Assembly (NCBI GenBank): GCA_013265495.1
Contig: MU058153.1
Coordinates: 124,001-188,000, forward strand
Length of the DNA stretch: 64,000 nucleotides
Direction: 5' to 3'
From: Vicugna vicugna
Lineage: Eukaryota
The translations under genes and the position numbers were made by a program. This document shows positions 25,461 through 38,620 of the stretch, one piece after another. Under the pieces are notes generated by a model that was not told the origin of the DNA, searched no databases, and saw only the letters and a program-made list of their open reading frames with translations. Positions within the stretch are counted from its first letter, which is position 1. The number at the start of each line of letters is the position of its first letter.

Positions 25461-26590
25461 CATATTCCATCTTTTAGAAGCAAGTCACAGTCCTGCCCCT
25501 GATCAAGAGGAAGTGATTATGAAAGGGTGTGAATTACAGGGATTTGGAGTCCTGGGGACGGCCCTCGGCTCTGATGTGTCTTGAGTGTTAGACTTCATTG
25601 TTAAGTACTGAATTTATTAGACTTTTGTGACACTATGTCTTTAGTCTTTTTTTTTTTTTCCCCTGAGCCATTTTGTCCAAATGAGAGGATTTTCTGGGAC
25701 CACCTTAATCTCTAGAAAATTTAACTAAGTGCTTTATGGACAGGCTATTGATTTGGTCTCTGCCCTGAGGTTGTGACCTATTGTTACTCCGTCTTTTTCA
25801 ACTTTTATTTTTTGGTGATGAGACATTGTTGCATCTTTCCACCCATCAAGTGCAAGAATTTCTGTATTACCTCTTTTACCAATAATTCTACTTGCAAACC
25901 TGCCAAATTTTTTCCAAGTCATCTCTGTCTTAGGACCATGTTAAGTGCACCTAATAGCAATGAAGGCAAACCAGTAAAATTCACTTTTGCTATTCCTTTG
26001 CCAAAAACCGTAAGATATGATATTTGTTTTCCAAATTATCTCAAGCAAAGATGACATCAAATGTTTCGCCATTGAAATATCACTTTTAGTTGGAAAGAGA
26101 AAGGAATAAAGGCCAACAGAAGTCATTTTTCCAATCTCCATTAACAATTCCTTCACTGCTCAATACCTAACCCTGCAGCCAGTGTCACATATTTTGGGTG
26201 CTACTTTTTTGACTGTCCCCCTTATCTAGGTACAAACTTCTATTTAGTCACTGGTGCCTTATTGATAAATGACCTCCAAATCTCAGAAGCTTGAAAGAAG
26301 AAAACTGTGTAATCCTCATAATCATAATACGTCAATTGAGGGTCAGTGCTGAATCTGCTCCTACTCAAATCTTGCTCTTTTCAAAAGAATACCATCCTCC
26401 CCATTGTTGATGCTTCTTCAGCAAGAACTTCATATAAAGAAGGTCTTTGGTACACAGCTGAGCTGAAATGAGCTACTAGCTGAGCCGTCACAAACGGGCA
26501 GCTGATATGTAACGTGTGAGAAATAAATCTTTGCTGTTAGAAAACCCTGGGATGTCGTGGCCACTTGTTACTATCGCAAAGCTTACAAAT
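25461..26590. mobile_element. Cluster of MaLR LTR and internal fragments
   Basis: Antisense MLT1 piece 25461-25575; internal/LTR junction 'ggtacaaacttctatttagtca' near 26229-26250; sense MLT1 3' end 'gtgagaaataaatctttgctg...cacttgttacta' 26515-26575. Confidence 0.5.
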
Positions 26591-26721
26591 ATGTAGTCTC
26601 TTACTAGATGGCCGTAATAAGAAAGGAGTCTGTGGGAAATGGGAACAGTAGTCTGGGATGAATGGCAGAAAGATGTACGTCTGGTTGTTCAGAAATTAGT
26701 TTCTATGCAGTAGAAAAACAA

Positions 26722-26800
26722 TTATATATATATGGGTTTACGTGCATTTGTGTGTATGTATGTATACATGTATATGCATGTGTATAGATAGAAAGATGGA
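26722..26800. repeat. Alternating purine-pyrimidine (TA/TG) simple repeat
   Basis: tatatatatatg...gtgtgtatgtatgtatacatgtatatgcatgtgtata. Confidence 0.75.
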
Positions 26801-27060
26801 TGATTGAAAGAAGGAAGGAAAAGAAAGAATGGATGGATGAAGGAAGAAAGGAAAGAGAAAGAAAGAAAGAAGAAAGAAAGAAAAGAAAGAAAGAAAGAGA
26901 GAGAGAGAAAGAAAAGAAAAAGAGAAAGGAAGGAAGGAAGGAAGAGAGGGAGGAAGGAAGAAAGGAAAGAAAGAAAAAGAAAGGAGGAAGGAAGGGAGGA
27001 AAGAAAGAAGAAGGAAGGAAAGAAAGGAAGGAAGGAAGGAGGGAGGGAGAAAAGTAAGAT
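26801..27060. repeat. Compound (GAAA)n/(GGAA)n/(GA)n polypurine microsatellite
   Basis: No pyrimidine on the + strand from 26839 to 27054. Confidence 0.97.
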
Positions 27061-27574
27061 AGAAGGAATTTTTAGGGAAATAGCCTTCCCCTAGACTTAG
27101 AAGCAGAATGGTGGGGGTAGGTTGGCGAATCAAACTTTTTTTTCAAGAGTGTCTATGGCCATCTGGGCTATCCTGGCTCTGAAAAAAATATATACAGATA
27201 GTCTAAACACATACTTCTCAAACCATCTTTACAGATGGTGTTGTAATTAGAGATTTCCTTCACACCTGGCTTTAGGTCATATTTTTCACTCGTAGTCTGG
27301 TTGTTAACTTTTGCCCTTTTTATATCTTTGTGGGTATTTTTAAGGAAACTTCTCGGAGGGCATATGGAGAATTCTTAGTGTTCTTCAGTATTAGGCTAGA
27401 TTTATTTTCCAGTACTTTTGGGTTGGTGTTTTTCTTCCACCTCCTTTTTTTAACAGTGTAAATAGGCCATTGCATACTCTCCCTATTGTGGCTTGCTTAC
27501 TTAGAAACGGAATCAACCTCGTGGAAATGAGGTGTTACTATGTTTAGTGAGATTGTTGGTGGCTGTCATCATCT

Positions 27575-27970
27575 CTCTCGACTGTTGGCGTGAACGGGGA
27601 GAGCTCACTGGGGAGGACAGATGGAGCCCTGCTGTTGGGACGTTCCGCGCTCTCTGCAGCGCACACGCCGTTCCTGGTAGGCAGGCGCTCTGCGTTCCCG
27701 CAGCCTTCTCTCCCACCAGGAGGTGGTATCACACGATGTGTCAGGGAGGCTTTGTAGCCTGTTGAAGTCATCTGTTTTTTTGGTGTTTTTTTTTTTTTCC
27801 TTCTCCAAGAGCTAACGTGAGCAATAAAGAAAGCAAGCTCGTGAAAGACATGACTCTTTTTGTCAGCGGTGTCACTGCGACTCAGTACGTTCATGCACGA
27901 GAAAACGGTCGTGTCCGCGCGGTGGTGCATCTGCACCAACCCTCCCCCACCGCTGCCCCGCATCGTGCCA
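27575..27970. promoter_or_regulatory. Small CpG-rich patch (orphan CpG island / enhancer candidate)
   Basis: About 27 CpGs counted by eye in ~400 bp of an otherwise CpG-depleted window; no repeat recognised. Confidence 0.5.
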
Positions 27971-30900
27971 GAGAAATCAGAGGAAGAACAGTCACTCTGT
28001 CATATTGAAATTTCACCACAACAGAGGACACATTAGCTGAGATGCTAAACCTCTCACAAAATCCAACACTGTCATTGCTTGATTTATAGTTTTATTTCAA
28101 TATCAAGCTCTTTTCCTGCAGGTTGGGGGGAAAAAAGTGGGACCATCCTTTTTCTAACCTGCTCTTTTTAATTTGTTTATGTTTATGATTCAGAACCAAT
28201 GATGATTTCAGTAGATAAAAAGGAAAAACATGAATTACTTTTTTTTTTTTCTCCAGAAGGTGCCTAGAAAAATCACTTATTCATTGAGGGAGAGATGCAT
28301 GTATTGCCTTCTGGTAAACAGAACTTTTCTTCTAACAAGAAGACTCTTTCTGAAATAGTTTTTTGGGTAGCTGTTTCCCCCTCATTGGCAGTGCAGGAAA
28401 CATGTCAACAAGGATCTGGAATTTATAGACAAAGAACTGCACAAATTCCCCAAAGTTGAAAAATTTCTTCTCTGCAGAAATCAGAGTTTCTGTGCATAAG
28501 ATTTTACAGTGACAGGTTTAAAATTAAATTTTACAAATCTATCATTAAATAAATATATTTTGAATATTTTTTTCCTTAATCTCCCCTAGAGTAAGGGCAG
28601 GGGATCAACTATTATTTACAGCAAAGGCTGAAATTAGGAAATTCACAGAAATATTACCTACTAATGATAAAGAAGATAAAGAAGAAAGAGAAGGTGAAGA
28701 AACTGTACAGAAAGGAAACTGACCAAGAATTTCTGATATTTTCACAAGTATTTATAGAGCTTGTAGTACAGAACAGGGCACATAATAAATGATCTGTAAG
28801 TGCGTGCAGAATAAATATATAAAAATTGTCTTCCTCTGTACCTCCGAGCTAAGTGGTTAACAAAATTAAATCAAATAGCAAAATCTAATTGATACTGGGA
28901 GCACTGTGCGCCAGTTCAGTCTTGGGCAGTGGGTATCGTTAGCACGTTGGAAGGAGTTTCTAATTTTTTTTTTCCCTTTTCACTTCATCTTGACAGGTCC
29001 TATTGATGGTGAAGAATCATTTGTGCATCTGTTTCCTTTTTGGACCCTCAATGCACTGCATGCTGACACTGACACATTTTTTGCTGCCTTTTTTTATTTG
29101 GTGGCAATGAGCGATGCCCTTGGTGTTAGCACAATTGCTTCAGTTTCGAAATACAAAATCAGATAATGAGACCCCAAGAGTCACTGATGGAGAGGAGAGG
29201 AGATCAGATGGGGTGATAGCTTTGTCCCTAGGGAATCTCAGTAGTTACAAACCTGCTTTAATGTTCATTCCATAATGAGTCTGATTTCCCTGAGTTTAAA
29301 CTGTGAACCACGAGCAAGTTTGGCACTTTGGAAGGTTTATTAAAAAGCAGGGTGTAAGTTTACAGTGGGAGAAACTAACTTGATCTCCATAAATGGAAAC
29401 TGGCCAACAATGGGGGTCTGGTAGAGTGACAAAAACCACAGACAAAGAAACATATAGTTTTGCCAGAGCTGAATAACAGTCAAGAGACTGATACATAATT
29501 AGACCTCTTACCTGCCACTAAAGCTGGACGCCTTTTCAAAACCCTAGGCAGTGGCATAAATGGATAAATACCCTGGGTGGTTGTCAGTCTGTCATATTAG
29601 AGTCTTCATTCAGTGCTTCCTCTGCTCAGTCAATCCTGAAGAACCCGTGTTCCAATACATGAAAGGTGAACAATGTGCACTGCTAACGTTGGAACGTTCA
29701 CCCAGGCGCTGATTCCACACAGCTGTTTTTGGATACCCGGCCAATATTTCTAACATGCATTGACTTCCAAAGCCACTCCATATGTATGAGGTATGGTAGA
29801 TGGGTTTTAATTGGGATTAGTCCTGGAATTTAGCCTGACAGAGTTAAGGATTAAGTTAAGTTAAGCTGATAACCAGCTCAGGAGGTGGATATTGGAAGGA
29901 CATTTGCCGCAAACATGGCCTAGGATCTTGGCAAGAGACAATGTGATTTAGTGTTTATACCTGACTTTTGTCGTTTTTAATTATTTGGCTTTGGCTGCTG
30001 CTTCACCCTTCCGGGCCTCCATTACCGCATCTCATCTTATGATACATCTCTGCATGTCACAAGATGTCATAGCCCCCATCTCAGGATTATCATCAGGATC
30101 AAATAAGATGATAATAAATGTGAAAGCAATTGAATTGCCAACTGTGAAGTAGTCTAGGCACAAATATTAGTGTTTATGAGACATTCATTTAGTCAACACT
30201 TACTGGATTTGTTTAAAGTGTCAGGTTTTGTAATAAGAGCTAGAAATATAAAACTAAGGCTCCGTGTCTGCCCTCGAGGATAAACACATAATTATTAGTA
30301 AGATGCTCCAAAATTCAAAGCTAGTCCTAGAAACTTCACTTCAAGGTGTCATAAATAGTGAGAAGAGTGACACGATACATTTAATCACTCCTTTAAGATA
30401 TTTCTGTTTCTGATAGAGTAAGTGCTCCAAAGGAGTGAGTACTTCTTCCTAAGGGATCAGATTCCTTCATCCTTTTCCGTCCTATGTGCAGACCTTGTCA
30501 GTAATAGACGTCATTCGCATCATTGCTTTACAGTGAGATGAAGCCAAAAGGACATTGTTCACTGTCCTCTTCTGGAACACCAGCCAGGACTGACTCCATG
30601 AGTTGGCAGGTACATCTCTCCTCTGTTCAAACCTCCGTTAACTGCCCATTGTACTCAGAACAAAAGCCGCTGTGTTTTCTGTGACCTCCTCCCAGCTCTC
30701 GGCTGCATCCTCTCCACCCTGTGCGCCATACCCCAGGCATGCCAACCCCCACCCAACCCCGTGTCTTACACAAGCCTGCTCCCGTGGCACCGCTCCTCTA
30801 GCTGACAGGAATGCAAGCCCCTAAGCATCCACAAGGCTCTTTCCTTCATTGTCCTCAGGTTTCCTCAAAGAGAGGTCTTCCCGTCACCTGCCTAAAATAG

Positions 30901-33900
30901 CACAATACTTTCTCACCTTTTGAACTATTTTCTCTTCTCTTAGCAATTACTGATATTTTATCACAGTATCATTTTTGAACTTTTCCTTCTCCGTGCAGTG
31001 CCCTCTGCCTGTAACTTGCTATGGCCACTTACGCTGCGTTTAGGGGACTGGGGCTCACTGAAGTCAGTTCCCCGCTACCTCTAGGTAAGTAGTACTGAGA
31101 TACTGTCTCTGGAAAAATAGTCTAACCTCTTTATCTTGGCTACAATTTCATAACTGATGGAAAACGGAAAGTGGATTTGGATGAGCTTTGTAATTTTTCA
31201 GATGGTTTAAGGATTTTTGTGTTCATGGAACCCAAACAATCTTTATTTCCATGTCACCTCCCCCCTTTTGATTTATAGAAAGCATTTCCTCCTGTCGCCA
31301 AGAGCTTTGTTTAGTTTGTTTTTTAAAACAGAGGAGAAAGGAAACAAATATTTATTACACTTCAACTAACAGTTAGGAACTTAACTTACATATACATTTA
31401 AATTTTGCAATAGTCCAGGGCTATTGGTAAGATTATCTCAGCTTTACAGGTGCAGAAACTGAGATTCAAAGATATCCAGTCACTTGTATAGATGTTGGGT
31501 CAAGGTTTGAAATCCACCTCTGGGTGACTCCCAAATCACTACTTTTTAAATTATTCCATGCATTTTCTCCCTCCTTCATGTTTCAGAATCATCACACAGA
31601 TCTGGCAACCTCAAATAAATTAAGATTTCTTGGCTTGATGCACTATAGCAGCCCCTATTTAAACACTGGACTTGAGCAACTCTGGACACACTAACGGGGC
31701 CAAGGCCTTCATGCTTCAAATAACCCTGCATCAAAGCAACCCAGCTAGAGGAGGGGGATCATGCTTTATTTCCCACGATAGGATTATGTTCGGATTTAAT
31801 GTTGATGCATCAGTTAAGTGCTCACTTTGAAAATCAATACCACACTGTGTGCTTGGCTGGTTCAATACCCCTCAGTCAACATTAATAAAAAACACTAACA
31901 AAACAATGTACTGTGTCTTTTTATTCCTTGCTTTCCCCGGATCTCCAGGCCTTTTATAACAATTAATCAATCATACTTATTCCTTCTATACGATAGCAAG
32001 TATTCAGTCCATTTAATAAGTTGGTAAACTGAGGCGATTTGGCAAATGAAAAGATTCACCCAGGCACTCTGTCCCCCACAAAGGAGAGTCAACACCTCTC
32101 AGCGAATGCTGACATCGCTCACACAGGGAGCGGAGGTCAGCTCCAGCCGGAGAGCAGTTTTCTCTTCTTCTCTTTAAGATCATGATTGTAGAGGCAATAA
32201 ACATGAAGAAAGACCACAGGTCAGTAAGCATGTGCTTTAATTAACAGTTCTTTGCTGTCCCGACAGAAAACGAACTTCAACAGTCAAAAGAGAAGGCTGA
32301 ACACAGAGCTCCCTTGATGAACGCAAACTGAAATTAGGTTTCTGTTTAAGACAAGTGGAGGTCAGCACAAGCGATTAGTAAAATTACTAGATCTGCTTTC
32401 TCCACGAAGTCTGCACTAGAGACTAAAGGCTGAGGAAATGCACAGTGGATGGGGTCCCTTGCACTGTGTGCTGTGCTCATCCTGTTAGTTATCATACTTC
32501 CTAGGTTAGGACTCTATTGACTGTAAAGTGGCTTCACCAACTTAATAAGAACCTTGAAAGGAGAAAATAAAAGGAGTGTGAGGGACACTAACTCATGAAA
32601 TGAAGATATTGACCATCAGATGCCCAATTTAGGAAATTTTTTTTTAATATGTGGATCTTAAAATCTAGGAAATGTCGTATTAGTGTCTGATTAACACTTC
32701 TTACAAAGGTTCTTAGTAGAAACTCTTAGAGAAACAGCAGTTTAATCTCTTACTATTCCTGTATTGCAATGCCTTTATGAAGAGTCATTTTACTTTTATC
32801 TTCATATTAGCCTGCAACCATTTACTAGTATTTACTAAATGCCTGATATTACACACGCACCATTTAATTTAATTCCTATACTAACTCTATTTGGTGAATT
32901 ATTTTATCTCCATGTTGCAGCTAAGGGAACTGGGGCTTAGGGAGAACAAGAACTGTGCTGAATATCGTGTAGTCAGTAAGTGACAGATCCGATACATAAA
33001 TCTAAATGTGAGAAATCTAAAGTCCTCACTTGAATGCTGTATCAGTTCACATTTCTTGACTGCAAGCAACAGAAACTGACTATGGCCAATAGAAGCAAAA
33101 CAATAATTTCAGGAAAGATACAGAGATTAATATAAAGGGAGACTTGAGAACCAGAGAAGCCCTGGGAACCCAAGATACAGAAATTGTTGGACAGTGTCTT
33201 TGGTTTCAACCATTGCTATGAATCGACTCCAAACGTTTACAGTCTCCTGGTTGCTGCTGACAAGTTTCAGAGAAAGAGCTTACAATTCTCCAAGCTTAGG
33301 CCACCTTCCCACATCTTAGCTGTTGATGGGCAGTGTGCCATGCTTGATGGCCCTTCCAAGCTGAATCCAATGGTGGGATACAAGTGATACCCAAAGCAGA
33401 GAGTGTGTTGTTACTACAAGAAGGGAGAATGGATGGTTTTACTGTCTAGTAAACGTCAAATGACCATGAAAGATTTGTCGTTGTTGCTGTTGGAAGAAGG
33501 CATCTCTTCTAAAGATAACAAAATTATGCTTTGTCAGGGTAAGAGGATGCAGATTTAAATTAGAATAAAAAAGATGGGGTATATTTTGTTCCTAAGTCTT
33601 CATACCTTGTCAACATACAAACACATCACAAGACTGGCCCTTCTGCCACAGTTTGGACTTCCTTCCCCCTCATTTAATGCTCTTGTTCTGCCTTCTTGTT
33701 TGTGCTTGGATCTTACAGCAGGAATGACTATCATAATGAAATAGCCAAGTTGTTCTTTATTTACTCATTTAATTCATTTTTTACTACTTAATTATTGATA
33801 ATCTACTAGGTACTGAGCAATGTACTTGGTTGAGGATGCATTTAATTCCTCTGCTTCTAAAGTCTGTATTCTAGAGAAACTGGCTAAGAAAACCTCAAGT

Positions 33901-36204
33901 AAATATATAATTTTAAATTTAATTATCAAATTGAAAATACCAAGTTACAACTAAATCAATATCCTCAGAGCATATCATTCTATTGTCATGTAGCATGAAT
34001 ATTAGAATCTTTTTTCTTCCTCTGAATCAAAATTTTCCATTTCTTTCATAGTTCACTGACCTTAATGTTAAACTCTGGAGCAGATTATGTAAATATATCA
34101 CTTATCCAGATAAAAACCTTTAGGTAATAAAGACAATTAGCCAGCAGTTGTTACCTCTAGAGTCATATTTTAAAAGTACCTATATATTTAAGCAAGTGAA
34201 ATGTGACATTAAATTGTTTCCTGAACTAAGCCACTGGCATTTAATTCAAGTCCAGAGCATAAAATGTATTGCCATCTTTCATGAAATGTTTTATCAAACT
34301 TCTGACTGGATGACCTGTTGAGGGCTCCTGAAATGCTAAACTCATTCTACAAATTGGAAAATCAGGATATTGAATCAGTTGACCTTTAATATCCCTTCAA
34401 GTTTCAGAATTCTATGTATCATTCTCATTATTTATGTAATAGAGGGACTTCGCAAACAACATTCCAATGAGACCACATACACAGTACCAGAAAATTCCTT
34501 AATCATACAAGCCAAGCCAACAGAACGGAAGAGTCCTGTAAATAAACTGATTAATCCACCTGCTCATTTAACCATTATGTCCTAAATCCTGGCTGTTTGC
34601 ATAGTTTTTCAGGACACAGAGCACGAGTGGACTTTCACATCGTACTGAGAGAGGGTAACCTGGAGGGAATGAAAGCTATTCGTTGGTCAATATCCAAACA
34701 CGAGGTTACCAGGAGAGATTTATATCTCACTTAGATGTGAATACCAAGTCTGGGGATGTTGCTCTCTCTTTGTTCAAGTAATTTTGATAAATGTTGTTAA
34801 TTGTTTTACAGCTCTTACCTGTTGGAGGTTGCCCAATAAGACTTCATAAATGCCTTAGGGATGACATTCCCTCTCTTTTTAGAAGGACACTATAAAAATG
34901 GAAAGCCCAAACTCTATATTTTATATGTTCCTGACTTGAGACTGATAACTAGGGAGGTAAGAACATAAACAAAGTACTGTAATTTATTACATAAAAGAAA
35001 AATTAGAATTTCTAGTAAAGATGGCAGATTGTCTTTAAAAAAGAATAATGAGAGTAGAGAAACTTTTCTTCTATAAGAACAAGACCTTTAGCCATAGCAT
35101 CCAATACATTTGCCATTTCTCTAAAACAATCTAAGATGAAGTAGATTTTCTCTCCCCTAGAGTTTAGAATGAAACTTTATCCCCACGTACATTATTATTT
35201 TCTCCTTGAAAAAGTTACTACAAATCCCATTTCTAACTTCTTAGCTTTTTGTAGTAATTACATATTAGCTAAGGTGTTAATAAGCAACTTGACCACAAAA
35301 TAAGAACCTTCATGTATCATTGGGTACCTGCGTACCCAATGCTTACGTTTATATCAGGACCAGGGATGGAACCCTGGGGTCCTGGATGCTGATCATTCTC
35401 TTCTTGCTAAATCATCTTGGCTCTGATGTGAGCATAAGATGTTGGGCAGATGTTATCAAATATGCTTCAATGAGAGGGGATCATAAAGCTCTTAAGTCAC
35501 TTATCCTTCTAAATGTCAAGTAACTAAATTGATATTCCCATCTGCTGAAAACCTTACTGGGGAGAAAGGAAAATGAGGGATGGAAATTCTAATTTTCTTT
35601 CAGAATGACTTCAGTATGTTATCATGCCAGGGACATCTATTTTTGATGTTTCAAGTTTAGAAAAGAGGGATGGATAACTTCAGTGGCTCTTTTAAATTTT
35701 ATTTCTTTGAAATGCCAAATAATTATGTGCATTCTCTACACCCGTGATTGAAAGCAACGGGGTTGTTCTTTAAAGGAAAAAGCGATAAAACGTTAGGTTA
35801 AAAATGGCAGCCGGTTTGCCATTGTTGTGAGTTCTTTACACAGTTTCCTTTCTTTCTTTTTCATTATCACAGCTGAAGACTCTTCTTCCTTGCCTCTGCC
35901 CCTCCCTACCAGCGTGACCTCAATTTTCATCCCTGGGTGTGAGTTCTACACTATTAACCATTCTCCAAGTTTATGCAACAAGTAGTTTAGAAGTGTAGAC
36001 GCGCCTGGCATTTTATGTTTACATATTTACATATTGAACCTTTTGTAAACAACATGTGCTACGTAAATATGTAAATGTTTCCATATTTATATACTGCATT
36101 TAATTACAAATTATACATTGCATGTTTACAGCATTAATAGGACAGAAACCAAATCCAGACCATTAATGCTGGCCTCTAAGAAAGTGCTTAGAGCTAATAT
36201 ACTT

Positions 36205-36632
36205 GGGAGTCTCCCTGGGCTAAGATCAAGGTGTTATCAGGGCATCTCAAGGTTCAAATCTCTTCGCAGGGCTCCAATAGGTAATCCATTCTCTTTCCAG
36301 TCTCTAGAGGTCATTTGCTCACCCCTGGTCCTTGGTTCCTGGTCCATTTCCTCCTTTTCAGCCAGCAAAAGCAAGGCAAGCTGAGTTCTTCCTGTAGTGT
36401 CATCTCTCTGGTTTTCTCTTCTTATCCCATCTTCCACCTTTAAGGATCCTTGGGATTATATTGGGTTCACACAAATGACCTCGGATAAGCTGCCTATTTT
36501 AAAGCCAGCTCATTAGAACCTTAATACTGTCTTTAACCTTAATTCCCCTTTTTCATGTAACATAACATATTCACAGGTCCCAGAGATTAGGATGTGGACA
36601 TCTTTGGGGGTGCCATTACTCTGCCTGCAACA
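36205..36632 (-). mobile_element. MLT1 (C/D-like) LTR
   Basis: 'ctgggctaagatcaaggtgtt...aaggatccttgggattatattggg...cacaggtcccagagattaggatgtggacatctttggggg...ctgcctgcaaca'. Confidence 0.8.
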
Positions 36633-36633
36633 G

Positions 36634-36984
36634 AGCTGTGGACTGAAGACTTGTGTCCCCTCAACATTCATACATTGAAACCTACTCCCCAGTGTCGGCA
36701 GTACCTCTGGGAGGTGATAGCTTTAGGAGGTGATAAGGTCACGAGGGCTTTGGATTGGTGTCCATGTAAAACAGAGCCCAGGCTCCCTTGCTTCTTCTTC
36801 CATGTGAGGACACAATGAAATCAGAGCTGTTTGTGAACCAGGAAGAGGGTCCTCATCAGACACTGAGTCTGCTGGCAACTTGACCTTGGACTTAGCCTCC
36901 AGAACTGTGACAAATAAATGTTTGCTGTTTATAAACCACCCAGTCTAAGGCATTCTGTTACAGCAGCCAGAATGGGCAAAGGCA
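36634..36984 (+). mobile_element. MLT1A-like solo LTR
   Basis: Start 'gctgtggactgaagacttgtgtcccctcaacattcatacattgaaacc'; AATAAA at 36913-36918; end 'ctgttacagcagccagaatgggcaaaggca'. Confidence 0.85.
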
Positions 36985-38259
36985 CATGGCTTTTACCATT
37001 TACCGCACTGCCTTAATAACATTAGCTACATTTTATTACATACGCTACACTTGGCCCTTGCTGAAAGCAGACAGCCTCTCCTATAATCAGATGAAAAAAT
37101 AGGCTCAGAAAGTTGAATCCTTTGTGCCTAGTAAGTACGAAATGTGAGGTAGGGTTTGAATTTGGATTCTCCACTCCAAAGCTCTTGTTCTTTGCTATGC
37201 TGTGTAATTTTGACCTACATGTCTGTTCTTGTATTAGGATTTTTAGATAATAAATTTATTGGAGGATTGAGCAACCCCACCCCTCCCTTTTAAAAAATAT
37301 AATTGTTCCCAATCTTTCTAACATGCAAGAGCCTATTTCTTGCTTTGGTAAGCAGAGTTGGCTGAAATTGCTATGTATTTAAAATACACATGAATATATG
37401 TTTTAGTATATAAAATATATAGGAAGTAATATTTTTAAATAATCTGTTTATTTAATAGTTTAAATTAAAACTATTTAAAATTGTTACTTAAAAATTAAAT
37501 AATAAATAAAAATAAAAATGAAATATTTTTATGCTTCATATTTTAAAAAAGAATTTTGTAAAAAAAATGAGTTGTATAGTGTTTTAAATCATTAAGGTCC
37601 CTACATTCTTTTTCATACTCTCATTTCTCCAGCAGTAACAATAATTTTTAATAATTCATTGTTATGTTTTTACACAACATATTCTAAACCACATATACAC
37701 ATTGTATACACAGTTATACAGTTGTGTTTAACAAAAATGGTATCTATTATATGTAAATTTTCATAAATTGTTTTATTCACAAATCAATCTTATCCCAAGC
37801 AAGTGTATACAAATTACACTTCTTTTTAAAGGCTGTATCTTATTAAATAGCATGAGAGTATTACGATTAACTTAAGTCTATTTCCTCAGTGTGTGTCTTT
37901 CTCTCTGTGTATAATATATGATTGTTGCATAAGTATTTGTTAATATATGGTCTTTGTTTCCCTCTTTTTGTTGTTTTCCCGTGAAAGTTTCTTTTACACA
38001 AGCGTCTCAGTTGTGCATTGTATATTCATGTCTTGAGACAGAGGACTAAATATTCAAAAGGGAAAGCAGTCGCCATGGTCAAGTCTATGTATGACCTGAG
38101 ACCAAGTTTGCTTGCTTTTTTAAACTATATTTCACATATTTATTTGTTTGTTTTTACATTAATAGAGCCCATTTGAAAAAATCAAATAATAAAATATTAG
38201 ACTTGGGAAACTGAAATGTTATCCGGGCTGACTTCCCACGTCATGCAGAACCTTTCTCT

Positions 38260-38620
38260 GTAGACCTTTGTACCTTCTCATAGGCTTCTTTCTCTGCCTC
38301 AAGTGACCTTTGACTTCTTCATCTTAATCTGTCTGCCCTTTAAAACAACTTGTGACACTGCTTCCAAGAAGCCTTCTCTGATTTCCCCAAGGAATTAAGA
38401 TGTCCCTTTGGTGCTCTGAGTACCCTGTGTTTGCAATGATCAGTGTTTTTTTCACTTGCTATTGTAATTGTGGATGTGTTTTTCTATTTCTTCTGCTAGA
38501 TTATAAGCTCCTTCATTGAAAGGAAATCTGTCTTCTTCATTCTCTTCTGTCTTTACAATACAAAATATGACATCTAAAGAAGTACTAGCACTTCTTTTTT
38601 AGTAGAATGACTGACTAATT
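38260..38620 (+). mobile_element. L2 3' end
   Basis: 'cttccaagaagccttctctgatttcccc...ctagattataagctcc...gaatgactgactaattgaa'. Confidence 0.65.

Noticed and set aside
26738..27133. ORFs rich in K/E/R (+ strand) and F/L/S (- strand)
   Set aside because: Translations of the polypurine microsatellite, which cannot contain stop codons
27513..28008. Overlapping ORFs in the CpG-rich patch
   Set aside because: Expected from higher GC content; they cross a poly-T run and show no recognisable domain
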